A stretch of DNA of 64,000 nucleotides, from contig CM022670.1 in the NCBI GenBank assembly GCA_012295275.1, positions 24,118,001 through 24,182,000 on the forward strand. The letters are read 5' to 3'. Below are positions 39,513 to 53,691 of the stretch, piece after piece (within the stretch, counting starts at the first letter, position 1; the number at the start of each line of letters is the position of its first letter). Below the pieces are notes generated by a model. That model did no database searches. It saw only the letters and a program-made list of their open reading frames with translations, and was not told the DNA's origin. The translations under genes and the position numbers were made by a program. The DNA comes from Chrysomallon squamiferum. Its lineage: Eukaryota > Animalia > Mollusca.

Positions 39513-42500
39513 GTAAGTCAAAGTGGAAAACACTATTTTTTAGTTTTTTTTTTTTTTTTTTTTCTTTAACCAAACTTCATGATACTAAAATACAGAATTA
39601 TTTTTAAAATAAAAAATTGAAGTCATATGTATATTTATTAATAAATGATTTCACATACATGCATGGATATATATGCCCAAAATACATTCAGTGATATTTT
39701 TGTTTTAAAGTTATTAATTTATATTCCAATTTATTGGTTATTTATTTGACAGTTTCCTTTCTCTCTCAGTGTGTTTGTCTGTGTGTGTGTGTGTGTGTGT
39801 TTGTGTGTTCCACACAATTTGCCAATCTACACTGTCTTATGATTGTGCTGTGCATTCTGGCAAATCAGTTACCACTTACTATTGACCTATTCTGAAAATG
39901 TTCTTGTTTAATAAATATTTTAGAAATTTTCTGGCCAATATGATCAAATCTTTTGATTTGTATTACTAATATTAATACTAACAGTAATAACAACTCATTA
40001 AAAAGACAGAGTGGATCAAATTTGCACAGTGATAAAATATTTTAAAAATATTAATAAATCGGATGATGTTTGCACATCAGTAGACTAAATCATCAGGTTA
40101 CAGATTGAAAATATATTCTTACCTAAGGGCAACACTTTTTTATTGGTTGGAACTCACCCTCCTCACCCTTTTTAGAAGAAAAAGCCAGAAGGAAATAAAA
40201 TTTACTTCTTCTCGTCAAACAAGTGTAAAATGAAGATTACTTTTTGATGACCTGAACTTACTGTAAACATTGAAAACATCAAATTAGTGCATTTGGGTGA
40301 GGAACGATTTGCAGTTTTATCTTTAACCTTCTACACATTTTCTGTTGCATGTTACACCATTGGCAGCACATAATTTTGAAGTAAAATATATAGGAAATAC
40401 CTGAATTTTCAAACTCCTTCAATTTGTAATCAAATATAAAAAAGTATGGCCTAAAGTACATTGGCCTATATATAAATTGAATACAAACACATTAAATGTT
40501 TAAAATAAAGGGGATTCAGTGATAATATTGTAGGATATAACTAAATAAACAAAGTGAATTTAAAAATAAAAATAATAATAATATTAATAATAATAATTTT
40601 TAAAACATTAAATTTAATTAAGCTTGGCATTCCATTTGACACTATTGTAGATACTTTCAAAACTGGAGAATGAAATGTTACCTGCAGTTGTTCCAGTAGT
40701 TAGGTCTAGGATGTTAATGGTACATGCCAAGTCCACATTGCAAGTGTCTTATATGATTTCAGTATTGTTGTGCTATCATTATATGTATTCATACATATAC
40801 ATATATACATGAACATGTTGTGTTTGAAATAGTAATTCAAATATTTCTTATAATCTCAAAAGAAAATAATAAATTATTTATATAAATGAAAGAATGAGAA
40901 TAAATATGACTGACATTTCATTACAGATGAAATATTATTTAAAAAATTAATCTATTTTTTTAAACAAATCAAACAAAAATAAAAGCAAATTGTAATAATT
41001 GAATAATTATTAACCTAGCTGTGAAAAATAATGCAGTCTTTTTTCAGTTAGGTCAGAATTTGCCTGCCACTGTACATTAATAAAAAATAGTTTCAGAATT
41101 GACACTTTCTGTAATGAAATGATTGGAGGCTAAATATCCAGAACCTTTGGTACATTGCAGTTGTAATCATTTTCATTTTAAGCTATTTAAGAGTTATTTT
41201 TTAATGTTTCTAAACAACAGTGGTCACTGACAGGGAGATGTGTATACATCATTAATGGGTTTTTTTCAGGAATGTAAAATGGTGAAAAGGAAATTATTTA
41301 ATTTGTAAATAAAAAAGAACACAAATAATTAATGGTTTTTTATGAATGTGGCACAAATCACAACAACAATATCTGTCTGTCTCTTGTTATCTATTTACAT
41401 ATCTGTCTGTCTTTCTATCAATCTGTCTATCTACAAACAAATGAACACACAAAAACACACACACAAACAAATAAAATAATCACACTGCACACATCACATA
41501 CATACATATCATATGTATATATATATATATTTTTTTTTTTCTAGTATTTTTTAATAGAAAAAGACTATAAAACAAAAACTATCTATAACACAACAGAAGA
41601 CTTTGATGAGTGGCTTCACTGGAAAAAGACATTTATCAAGAAATATGTTTTGTTATTCTCTACACTAAAAATAAAAGCACCGACACAAAAAGGATGCTAA
41701 TGTTACGAGACACAAAAATGATCAAAGAGAGACAGAACGACATATCTGTGATAATTTTATCATTATATTTATTGATTGTGATGGGAAGTGATGTGGACAG
41801 AAAAATAATCACAATAACCTAATGATCTGTTAATAAGAATTCAAATGGATCTGTCTTGGGTTTCCGTTTTCAAAGCACAGTTCTGTATTTGCCTTGAAGC
41901 GCATACCACATCAACTTGCATAGATATTAACTGATGACAAATTAAATGCATGGATGCTTATGTAAGTGATATGTAAAACTAATGACCAGATAGATGAATG
42001 TGTGGTTGGAGCAATATCAGACAAGTAGATGGTTTCAAAAAGTACCAAAATATGTTAGTTTTCAGTGGAAAGAATTAAAGTTAAAGACATTAATTACAGA
42101 TTCCGAATTAACAAACATTTTCACAGTTATTTTAAATAAGAGGTGTTCTCTCCTGAATGTGATTCATTATTATGCTTCTTGCTTATTTTTGTTTCTTAGT
42201 TTCGGCTGAAATTCAATTTATAATATTTGTGTGTGTATGTTTATTTATTTTAATTTTTTTTTTTAATAACAGCTGTTCAATATTCAGCTTAATAGACTCA
42301 GGTTTAAGTTACAACAGCGTTTAAAAAAATATCAAAGAAGTTCTGAAAGGTCGCTTTGAAATGAAATCTGCATTTTTCCAGCAATAATCATGACTGTGGT
42401 AATCTCAGGAGACGATGTCTGCAGCAGAGAAGTATTGATTTGTGACAGCTTTTCAATTTAACAATTGTCACATTTGTAGTTTCCTCCATTTTAATTGTTT

Positions 42501-45243
42501 TTATTAGCCAAAAGTGGCACTTGGCCTTTTTATTTCAATATTTTCAGAAAAGGAAACAAAATGAGAATGTATTAATAATGAGCACTGATAACTTGGGTAC
42601 AAATAATTTCACTTTTTAAAAAACATTTAAATTTAAAAAAAAAAAAAACAACAGTTGATGAGAAGAAAAAGAGAATTTTAAACTGCCCCTATCCATAAAT
42701 ACAGAATTATTTTCTAATTTATATATATATATATTTTTGTATTATTTTCTTCTTTTTTTAATTTCTTTTTCGACCAATTTCTGTGTTCAGATCTTTTAAT
42801 TTATAAAAAATCCTTTGGAACTAAATGTTTTGAAGATTTCATCTTCTTGATGTTTCCATGCCAATTCTTTAACAAGTCTGCAATATATTGAGAATGATCA
42901 ACTCATAATGGATGTTTAAACTGACATGAAATTTACATTGTTATATTTTAGTTTAAATATATATATATAAAATACAAAAAAAAAAAAGAAAAAAAAAAGA
43001 CACTGGTTACAGTCTAGCTCCTAAAATAAATTAAATCCTGAAATAGCATTTTCCTTAAATTGCAAATCCAGAAAAAGAAATTCATTTAGTGATAAACAGA
43101 CTTCATTTGTTGTTTGCTATAATATCAGTTCATATAAATATTAAAATCTTGATGCAAAATATATATTATTTAACATTTGTTAAAAAAAAAAAAAAAAAAA
43201 ATAAATTAAATGAGGCATAAATTATTTATTTAATAATCTTAAACATTATTAAGTTAGAAGCATCTCAAAATGTCTTTATTCTTTCTGGTAAACAGCAAAA
43301 ATATTTATTGATATTTCTTTAACAAAGTTTAAACAGTTTGAACATTGGATAGAAGTAAAATATACATCAATCAGAAATTAATATATCGGGCAAAGATTAT
43401 TTATTTTAATAATCAAATTAGCTGCATGTTAAGTAAAAATTTTATAAAAAAAAGATACATTCTTCAGTGTTAAAAAAAATGTATATATCACAAATTTTTT
43501 AAAACATTTTTAATCCAGCTTCTTGCTAGGTAAGGAGCATGGACATATTTATCTTGAATGTGTTCAAAATGTGACTTAGAGGACACTTAGTTTATTAAGA
43601 TAAATGTCACTTTGCTCTCAGTGCTTTGACTTTTATGAAAACTAAATGTCACAATGTCACAGTGTCACAGTATTTCTGACATTTCTGAACACACGTCTGA
43701 AAAAATTTTCTTTTATTAGATTAATTAGAAGACTTCAGAAACAAAAAGTCACAGAAAGTTCTTTCCAGCAGCACATCTTAATGAGTCGCGGCTTTTTTTT
43801 TCACTTTATTTGTCAGGATTTAAACAGTGATTTATTTCCTAGTGTGCATTTCCATTTTTTTTTTTTTTTTTTTTATAAAGAGACTTTTTGTTTTAAACTT
43901 TTAATAAGTTTGTAAACTTAAAATGTCTTTTTAAAAATTCAGTAGACGTACATCATGTTTATTCAGTTACTTTGACTGACATTTGAATTAAGTCTTTATT
44001 TTTAAAAATTTTTAAATTTAATAAAAGAAAATATTATTAATCTTGAAATTTTTTTTTTGATGATTCTTCTATCAAGTTTCAAATTAAAACTTAATATTTT
44101 TTTTTGTACTTTATAAATAAAAAACAGCTAAAAACCAAGCCAGTAATTTATTATAGTGTTCTTTACATGAATGTTCATTATAATATATATTTTTTTAAAA
44201 GCACTTCATTTAAAGTCTGTATCAAATGCAAACTATTTTGTTATATTTATGAGGCTGTTTAAAAGATAGGACGCAAAAATAATAAGTTACAAACGACAGT
44301 GACTGATAACCTGTATCACAGTAATGAATTAAAAATGGCTGATGTGAAAAGCATTTTCCATTATGAACATTATGTATCATCTGTGGATGAGGTTTCTTGT
44401 CATCTCACTGGTTTCGGGATTCTGTTGCACAAATTGTTATTACAGTTTCAATCAAAACAATCACATTAACACTTCTGCTCGACAGATTTGTCACAGCTGG
44501 TTGGCAAGAATAAATGAACAGCTGAATGGACAGATGAAATGAATATATCATTCAGAAATGAAAAGAGTTAAAAAAAAAAAAAAAAAAAATCTTGAATCAA
44601 ATAATATTTAACTAACACCTTGTGAAATCTTTGATCTCAAAATTGTATTTTATTTTAATCCAGAATGTTAGAATTAGTTGACATTAATGTGCTGGTCTTT
44701 TAAAAAATAACCAAAAATAGAATAAAAAAAATATAGAAGGTACTCATAGTATTTGAGATAGTTTATCAGATTATCATCCATTTTAATCACCACTGTGTAA
44801 CTGACAGTGTTTTGCTATTATTAGAAAAAAATGCCATTTTAAACTTTCAAGCTCCCCAAGTCTATTCATCAAGGACATGACAGGTTGACTCTACCCTGGA
44901 CTGAAAAGAAGAAGAAACAAACCTAGTAGACAAGAACAATAAAACTACAATGTTAATATGTATAATCTAGAGTACCTTTCTGACTCTGGGAAGGAACATT
45001 TGGATGTGGGTGATTCCTAACCACTAATCTGAAAGTGTTGCAGTGAAGTGTTGGCAAAAGGTTTCCTTTAGCATATCATCTTTAATTAATACATTTTGAC
45101 AACTGTATCCCATTCATTTTAAAATGTGTTATAATATAATAAACCAAATAATCATTTTTAAAAAAAAAAAATTATCACCTCCATCACATAGTTGTCACTG
45201 AATACTGAAAATTCTTGTTTTTAAACATTTCGTTTTCTTGCAG

Positions 45244-45404
45244 CCATGTTGACAAGTACACGACCCGAGAGGACCCACGCCATGATCCAGATTATGTGGA
45301 GCCCCCAAAACCCAGGGATGTGGAGCTGATCCGCGATCCTGACAAAGGTTTTGGATTTGTTGCTGGCAGTGAGAAACCTGTTGTTGTCCGTTTTGTTACT
45401 GATG
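45244..45404 (+). CDS. FRMPD4: FRMPD4/Preso-like gene, 161-nt exon: end of WW domain and first half of PDZ domain (HVDKYTTREDPRHDPDYVEPPKPRDVELIRDPDKGFGFVAGSEKPVVVRFVTD)
   Basis: Pyrimidine tract + TTGCAG acceptor ending 45243, donor G|GTGAGT at 45405, phase 2-1. Joins the previous exon in frame (AA+C = Asn). GFGFVAGSEKPVVVR is the FRMPD-family PDZ carboxylate-binding loop and following strands. Confidence 0.95.
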
Positions 45405-45627
45405 GTGAGTTTTTGCTTTGAGTACTTTGTCTTCAAGAACTGTTGTGTTATGTCTTTCAGGAACGACAAACAATATGCTAAAATGAACTACAATAAAATT
45501 TTATTTTACTCCTGTAAGGATAATGTTGCTATGGGCATGCTATATAGTTTATATTTGTTTTGTTAGATAGATTTTTTGTAATTCTATAAATTTTGTGTGA
45601 CATTGGATTTATTATTGTGAAGTCTTC

Positions 45628-45925
45628 CAGGGTTTGCTGATAACTGTATGCCAGGACTCAGTATTAGAGATGGCCCAGAGCTACCAATTGTTTTTTTTAT
45701 CTATGTCCAGTATCTACTTTTTTTAACATGCTTTGTTATCTGTTTCTGAAATTATTATCTTTCATTTTGTTTGTAGTTTTCCAAATGTCCTGATACAAAT
45801 AGAAATTGTTTTAACATGAGATAAAATGAACAGGGAACTGTTTAATATATTACAGGGATACCAGTTTTTAGTGAGGGCTACCAGGTTTTAGAGAACTGGT
45901 GAAAAATAGTTAAGATCAAAGCCTG
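45628..45925. mobile_element. Old hAT-like MITE (~298 bp)
   Basis: Left end CAGGGTTTGCTGATAACT vs reverse complement of right end CAGGCTTTGATCTTAACT (14/18 match). Internal repeated GCTACCA/GATACCA motifs. 8-bp TSD not preserved. Confidence 0.45.
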
Positions 45926-48900
45926 TATTCTCTAGCACTGTTAGTATCAGTATATAATTGATATATTTTGCAGTAAATTCTTCTGAAATGGCTGAAATGT
46001 AACAGTATTATAACTGAAAAATAAAAATTGAAAACTTTAGTCTTAATTTGTTCAGAAACATTTAGCATTTTATCATCTGGAAGAATCTGCAAAATTGTCC
46101 AAAAAAAAAAAAATTAGAAATAAAGAAAAATTAAAAATTCAAAGCAGTAGAAGAAGAAATTATGCTTCATGAAAGCTTTTGAAACTGAATAAAAAAATTA
46201 ATTATGTTAGAGCCAGAAAATTGGTCGTTTTCGTCTTAACACATTATGTCTTTTAGAAATTAATTTCTAAAATGACTGAAATAAAGATTCATGATTATAT
46301 GATGGGTTTTTTCTTCCACTTAACTTCAGAATTAGACAAATCTATGTCTTAATATCACTTGATGAATGAAAATGTCAACAGTGTTACAGTGGTATTCATC
46401 ATAGACAGAAATTAAAGACCAAATTATCTCCATTGTACATTCACAAAATTATTAAATAGACATATTAGAGATTGGGTGAGTCCAATGCATTGATTCATCT
46501 TGTTTTTATTAGAAATGTTTTTTCCATTTTTTTTTTGTCTTTTCTATATATTGAAATTTATTTTACCTTGACCACAATAATGGTGTTCTGCCCATTTTTC
46601 ATTATTCCTGGATTTGTCACTGATGAACATATTTCTTTGCTGTCTCTTCTTAATCATCATAATTTTAAAAAATTCAATATATATATCAGGCTAACAGAAA
46701 ATGTGAAATGTAAATATATCTTTACAATTTCCCTTCTTTAATAAAAAAAAGAAACAGAGCAGAAAAATTAAAAGAAATAAAAGAATGATGAACAGGAATG
46801 GAAATTGCAGTGAACTGGATAATAAAAAGAATTAACAAATAAACATTTTTATGATTTTATAAGTTTCAGGTATCTTCCTTATAAAGCAAATTTTACATAT
46901 AAGATTTTCTCAAAAGAGTATTCAATTTTGTTGTGCAGACTAACATTAATATAAAATATTGCCATTAATTTGTTATGATTAACCATTCTTAAATTCACCA
47001 CACAGTTAATGGATTGTTAGATTATTTGACTGTTGAAAGTCACAAGAGTTAAATAAAATATATATTTTTTATTTACGAGCCTGATAAATACTTGCAGTAT
47101 CACTAAATATTAAACATCACGTGCACATTATTACCCTTTAAAACTGACAACCAAAAAAAAAACCCAGAATCTATGAGTATGCTACAGCTGAAAGAACTAA
47201 TAAAATATTAAAAACTAAATAAGTCATTAAAATTTGTTGATGACGTTTGATGTACGAGTCTCGCAGTGTAATTTTGATTCATTGCCTGAATGGTGAGCGT
47301 GTTTGCTCATCTCAGAAATTAGCCAGTTGACTTAAGGCCATTTATTGATTGGATGTGAACATATCTTGACACTTTTACCAGTCATTAACCATCTTTATTG
47401 GCCATGGGAGAGAGTCTGCAGTCTCTGCACCAGGCAGAGAGGAAATTGGACACTGCTTGAACAGCAGAATGTCGAGCATATCCACAGTTTGAACAACATT
47501 TCAGTATCGGTTTGTTTGACATTCAACTGCTTCACAATTGCCGTCCAGACAAATAATTTCTTAATTACATAACGTTTTTTTTTTTTTCAAAATTGAATTT
47601 TCTTTTTCTGACTAATTTCACATTTGGGAGGCTGTTGCAGTTGTTACCATAATGTCAGATATGTTACTGTCAACTGAATAGATTTCATTTCGCTGTTTCT
47701 TATTATATTGGGTTTTTATGTCTTCCTGTCTTTCTGAAGTTTGATGGTTTATAAAGAAGTGATATTGTAAAGTGCAGCTGTTGTTTTTGTGGGGTTTTTT
47801 TTTATTTTTGTTAAAATGTCTGAACAAACTAGAGAAGAAATATTTAATGATTAAACCAAGTTATCATTTTTTTAAAAATAAATGAAGGCTGAAAACAACA
47901 ACAACAAAAGTATTATAATAATAATAAAATCAGTAAATAAAAATAAGACAGCCCCCATCTCTCAACTGCACCAAAAACACCATAAAAACCAAACAAACTT
48001 AAATTCAACCCATTAACTTTTGGTTCAGCACTAAATGAATAATATGTTGGTTAATATTTATTCTTAAATGCAGTCATAAAATATTTACATATCTCTTTTC
48101 TTTTTTTTTTCTTCTTTTTTTTGAGAAAAGCCCATTAACTCTGTACATTTTAAAAGTTTCTTTCACATGAATAGAATGCTGTTCAAGTACACATAACATG
48201 ATATTTTGGATTATTTTAATTTTTATTATTCTTATATAATTGTTTGAGCATCTTGCATTTCTAAGAAATTTCTAAATCAAATAAAGTCTATTTCCTAACC
48301 AAAGGAATGAATTTAAACACATTTGTCTCAAAATACACTGAATTCTATAAAAAAAATATGTTTTTGAAAACCTCTTGAAGACAGGTAAATAGCTTGAAGT
48401 TTGGAATGAAATTCATTTGAATTATTTTTGGAACAAAATCCTTATATTTTATTTAATCTGTTAGGAACATGTATTTATCAGGCTTTATGTGCATCTTAAA
48501 TTGATTTTATCCGTTTGTAGCATGTGTGATTTGCAAAAATTTAATTGTCTGGGTGGTTGTGCATTTAATCATTGATAACATATATACGTGTTTGAGAAGT
48601 AAAGTGTGAATGTATATATTCAAAATTAATTTTATCCAGTAATTACATATATGTTCCCGAATTTAAGAATAGATTTTAAATGAATAACAATAATTTCTTG
48701 GACACATCAGATCTTGTTGATTGAGCTGTTCAGTTCTGGACTATATCAAAAATAACTCAGTATTTCATTCATTAGTGTGACAGCTGCACCACACAACAGA
48801 CTGCAAGTCGAATACTCTAAGTACATTGTCCAGTCTCGCGGGAATGTCCTGTTCAGTGCTGTAAGAAAAATAAGTCAAATCTACTGAACATTTTACATTT

Positions 48901-50693
48901 AGAAAGTAAGTAAGCTAAATGATTCTTAGCCAGGGACAAGGAAGAAATGAGAGAGATTTGAGTTTATTAATAGTTTCTTGGTAGTCGCATATTAAATATT
49001 GTAAAACAGTTTATCATTATTATCATTGCCAATCAACAGTAACTGAATAAAGTGTAAACTTTTTGTTTTTGTTATTATAAATTGATCTGAAATAGTCAAT
49101 GACTGTTTTAGTTATTAAATATTTTCTAATTATTATTAAAAAAAATTTTTAATGCTGTGGTTTGTTTATTTTTTAGTTTTCAATTATTTTTTTAAAATTA
49201 ATATCTATAACACATCATAATACTGACTGTGATAGAAGGTATTTTTTAGTAAAATTTTAATTAATAATATTTTTTGTTGGATTTTTTCAATATTGGCAGC
49301 TCTCAGTACAGGTATCTTACACCTTCTCCTTTGATAGTACAGCAGTGTTAAATAATATATATAAGAGTGGTTTTTTTATAATTCATATTCATGTTGGAAA
49401 CAAGAGGGTATCTAGTGTAAAGTATAGGATAGTTCTTTGATGATCATTTTAAAAATAACACAAAATAACAACATCACCATGTTCTAAATATATTTTATAA
49501 TATGTGACCATACACAGCTTTAACAAGAAATCAAAATAATATTATTTCAACATGGTCAAATGAGGTTATTTGTGATGCATTATCTTTGTTTAAAAAGAAA
49601 TAAAATAAATAAAATAGTATTTTTTAAAACTAGACTTTCTCAGTAAGTAGAAATGCAGAATGGGCAATTTCCACTAATTCAGTCACTAAACTGATAAATA
49701 TTTTATCTAGCATTTACCCTTTTAGTGATCTATAAAATTTGTCAGTTTGTATGAAAACACATTTTTTTAACTGATTAAATATATTGAGAAAATTTCTACT
49801 TCTTCATTTTTTTTTATTTAATAAACATTTTTCAGTTTGTGATATTAAATTATTACATAATACCAAAAAACAAAACTGTATGAAAACTTTTTATTTCAAA
49901 TCAGTTTGTTTCCTTTTTTTTTCTTTTTATCTTTACAATTTTAATTGACTAAAAGCATTCAAATTGGATAAACTCAGTTTAATGTAATATTAATAGTTCT
50001 GCATTTGTTGCTTCAATACCATAAATTGTGGGTTATTATCTTACATACTTTTTCTGTTTTTATTACATCTGTTTATTTCATCCATCTGAAAATCTCAATG
50101 TTGACTTTTCTGCTGAAAGTGTCAAATATGATTTAGTTTATACTGATTTTATGTTTTGGTTATGAAACAAACATCATAATTCTGATTTAGTGCAATTGAT
50201 CCTGCAGAAAACAGTATATATCACAACCATTTAAAAGATCTATGTTTTAAAGAGATAATATTGAAATATCTACACCTGACAATATCTTTATATTTATTGT
50301 TGTTTTATTTTTTTATGGGTTGAGAATGATTACATGAAAAATATCAGTGGTTTCCCATAAAGAAAAAGCCTGTACTAATTTAATTATCAGTTCAGTATTT
50401 TGATGTCAGATTTTTCAAGATATTTACAGTGTATTTCTTATGAGTTACTTAATTTGCATACATACATAAATTTACCTTTCAGTCAGTGCTGTAAATCTTT
50501 CAGATGTATTTAATTGCTGGGTTTCTTTTCACAAATTGACTTTACATATTATAGAATGTAAATAAAACATTGTGTGATGATAATGACCTTCGAGTCAATG
50601 AAGCATTGCAAATAGAATCACCAATTTTTCCTGGTGTATCGGGTATCTGCTTGTTATTTAAAACTTGTCAAATGTCTGACTGTGCATATATAT

Positions 50694-50695
<2 letters not shown>

Positions 50696-50747
<52 letters not shown>
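50696..50747. repeat. (AC)n microsatellite
   Basis: Directly visible. Confidence 0.97.
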
Positions 50748-50749
<2 letters not shown>

Positions 50750-52138
50750 GGTGATCAGTATTGTATATATTAGATTAAAAACAATCAGTGAAACCTGACA
50801 ACTTTTTAAATTTAGTGCTTACTTTGATGGTGCCAAAAGAAGAAAACTAAATTGTCAGTTAATCACTAGTTACAGTGCAAGCCATGTTTCTTAGACATCT
50901 TACTACTGAATAACTAACTCATGGCTTGACATACTCCTGTAAATTGAAATGACAGTAATTTACACTCATTATTTTCAAATTGCTGTCACACTGGTGGGTC
51001 TAGAGAGACACTTTATTACATCTGTAATTGGGGACACTGAAATACTTGTTTGAAGTTTAGAGAAATACAGAAATAAAGTTAACTGTTATAACAAAATTCC
51101 TTGAACAACTTTTCTCTGCTACTATGTGTGTGTTAAATCCAGCACGTAATCCTTGGTAATGTTTGTCAGGATGGTTTCTGAAGCAAAAATATACATCTTC
51201 TGCAGCAGTTCTGTCAAAAAATAATAAAAACAATATAATTTCTGATTGAAGAAGTGTATCTTGATCAAAGTGAGACAGTGAGAAAAAGGTTTTTTGTTTT
51301 AGAATAAACTTTAATATCCATTCTTCTTGTTGAACTATAATTTATAAAAACAAATTAAAATCAAATCATGAAAACAAAAGAAGAAAAAGGAAAAAAAGAA
51401 AACAAACCAAACCATATCAAAAGAAACTGAAACAATCAAGAAGACATTTTTCTTATTAACAAGTTATACTAAAAAAGAAAAAACATTCCTATACCTTATG
51501 AGTTATTTCCTTGTAATATGGAATATGGAATCCCATTAAATTTTAAAAAGAATTATATTTTCTACCTGTGTAAATCACATATATAACTTAGTGCATGTAT
51601 AAACATTATACTGCACACAACAGTTATAAATTTAAGTTTAAATAGGTTGGTGTTACAAAGATCTGCATTAATTCATGAGATAGCTGAAGACTTGCAAATA
51701 AATGGGATACACTCCTACCATGGTTTGTTCTAAAAAGAAACTAAAATATTTATTAATTCCATTTGGCTAATACCTAATTGTGCTGTGAATTGTACCCAGT
51801 AACGTGATAAGTCTTTCTGGATCTGTCAAGTGAAGCAGAAAGTTTTGTTCACCTGCTCATTCCTGTTTTGTTATTGTCAAATGAAGGGCACGTCATTCCT
51901 CTTTATAGCCCTTTGATAAACACCCTATTTCCTTGTTGCACCAAGTTTTGGAATGCCAAAAACAACTACAGTTAAAGAATCCATGATACATAGCCTCTGA
52001 ATGTATCTTTGTAGGGGTGAGGAATATAAATAATAAGCCACTGTGATAGAAAAGATATGAAATTGTTATATCTCACTAAGAATAATAACATTTCAGTATC
52101 TTTTCTTCGCTCAACCTTGTCTTTTTGGTAAACTATAT

Positions 52139-52217
52139 ATGGCACTGAAAAGATGGACATTTACAAATTCACATGATGCCAGAAGGAAAGCAATATACAC
52201 AGTTTTTGAAGATCAAG
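52139..52217 (+). CDS. Weak candidate internal first exon MALKRWTFTNSHDARRKAIYTVFEDQ(G/D)
   Basis: ATG at 52139, 26 open codons + G, AAG|GTAAAA donor in phase 1, compatible with the microexon at 53680 or exon 60165. No homology support. Confidence 0.28.
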
Positions 52218-53679
52218 GTAAAATTATTATGACTTTATAAAACAAATGATTTGAATGACTTTAAAATAAATGTTAAAATGTATATTGTTAAATATGGTTT
52301 TACAAGAAACTTGCCTGTGCACCTTTTCAAAAATAAATATTTATATATATTACTAGTTTTTCTTGCCTGAGAATTAAAACAGGAAAGAAAACAATTTTTT
52401 TTTTTTTTTTTTTAATAATTAAATATTAAATATTTGCTTTCATTAAATATTTTGTTAATTGGAAAATATTTCTGTAGTTAAAAAGAGTCTGTGCCATTCT
52501 ATAAGATGCACCTTAATATATTTTTTAAAAACAGAAACTGTAAAAGTACAAAATCTCAGCTCTTTCTCCTCTGTATTCCTAGACACAAATACAATTAGGA
52601 AGTAATAAAAAGCCATACATTTTGCCTCAGTTGACAATATGGTGTATTAACATCAGTATGAATTCGACTTGTATCAAATATGCACTGTGTCAGTGTCTAG
52701 TAATCTACTCTGCTGACTTTTAAAGACTTCATTTGTTGTGTGTTTGCAGAGTGCCAGTAATGGATTGGAGAGCACACTTTAATTATTTTTTTGTGTCTTC
52801 ATTTAACTGATAAAAAAAAGAAGGTTTTAGATCCGGAAAGAGAGCATCAATAAGTCAAGAGGACGGACGTAATTGTTTCTGTTTTATACATCCAGTTCCA
52901 GTCTGGGATTGTTTTCTTTTCTTACTTTTTTTGGTTTTTCAATTTGAGAAGTCCATTTTTAAACAAACTGTTCAAAGAATTTAAGGAAAGAAAGGTTTCC
53001 ATGTCAGGCTTTGAAAGAAAAATTAAAATTAAATTTGGTTTGTAAATCTTTTTTTCATCTGCTTTTTAAATTTTTTTTTTAAAAGAATTAATTTAATTAT
53101 GCCAAAAACATGTTACAGAGTCAGTGAGGTTTGATAACCTTTTCATGGAGTAGAATTTAGAAGTTCTGTCATTGCCGAACTTAATCATTTTTATAAAAAG
53201 CAAAATTGTATTTAAATGTTTTGATTGTATTTTTTTTTGCCAACAAGTCTTCCTCTGCAGATGCTTCTAGTTCCTTTATACCAAATTGCAGTTTGCTAAT
53301 TTACTACATATTTGGATAACACAGCTTTTAAAAATATATAATTCAGGTTTAAAGTGATATTACTGAAGTCTGATATATAAAATATCAGATTTATTCTGTG
53401 TCAGTCAAAAAAACAATGATAAAAACCTCCACCCAATAACACAACAGAAACAACAACAAAATTAAAATACATTTTTTTTCTAATTTATTAGATTAGCTTG
53501 TGGTCTTTCAGGCATTTAGACTGAAATCTAAATATTTCTGAAACACACACTGCTAATAATAAAATATACATATTTTGCTTTCATTCTTTCTGTTTTAGTA
53601 AGTTTATGAATCCAGATGTATGTTTAATATCTGACTTATTCTGTTTTTTAAATATATTTTCTTTTTATTTTGTCCACAG

Positions 53680-53691
53680 ATTGTTCTAAAG
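53680..53691 (+). CDS. Candidate 12-nt microexon (ATTGTTCTAAAG) adding D-C-S-K inside the PDZ domain
   Basis: CTGAC branch-like motif at 53631-53635, AG-free T-rich tract, CCACAG acceptor ending 53679, AAG|GTATGT donor at 53692. Length divisible by 3 and stop-free in the phase-1 frame. Confidence 0.55.

Noticed and set aside
45221-45469. Minus-strand 82-aa ORF
   Set aside because: Antisense shadow of the WW/PDZ exon.
53590-53603. TTTTAGTAAGT as a recursive (ratchet) splice site
   Set aside because: The G is shared between AG and GT; a ratchet point needs AG|GT.
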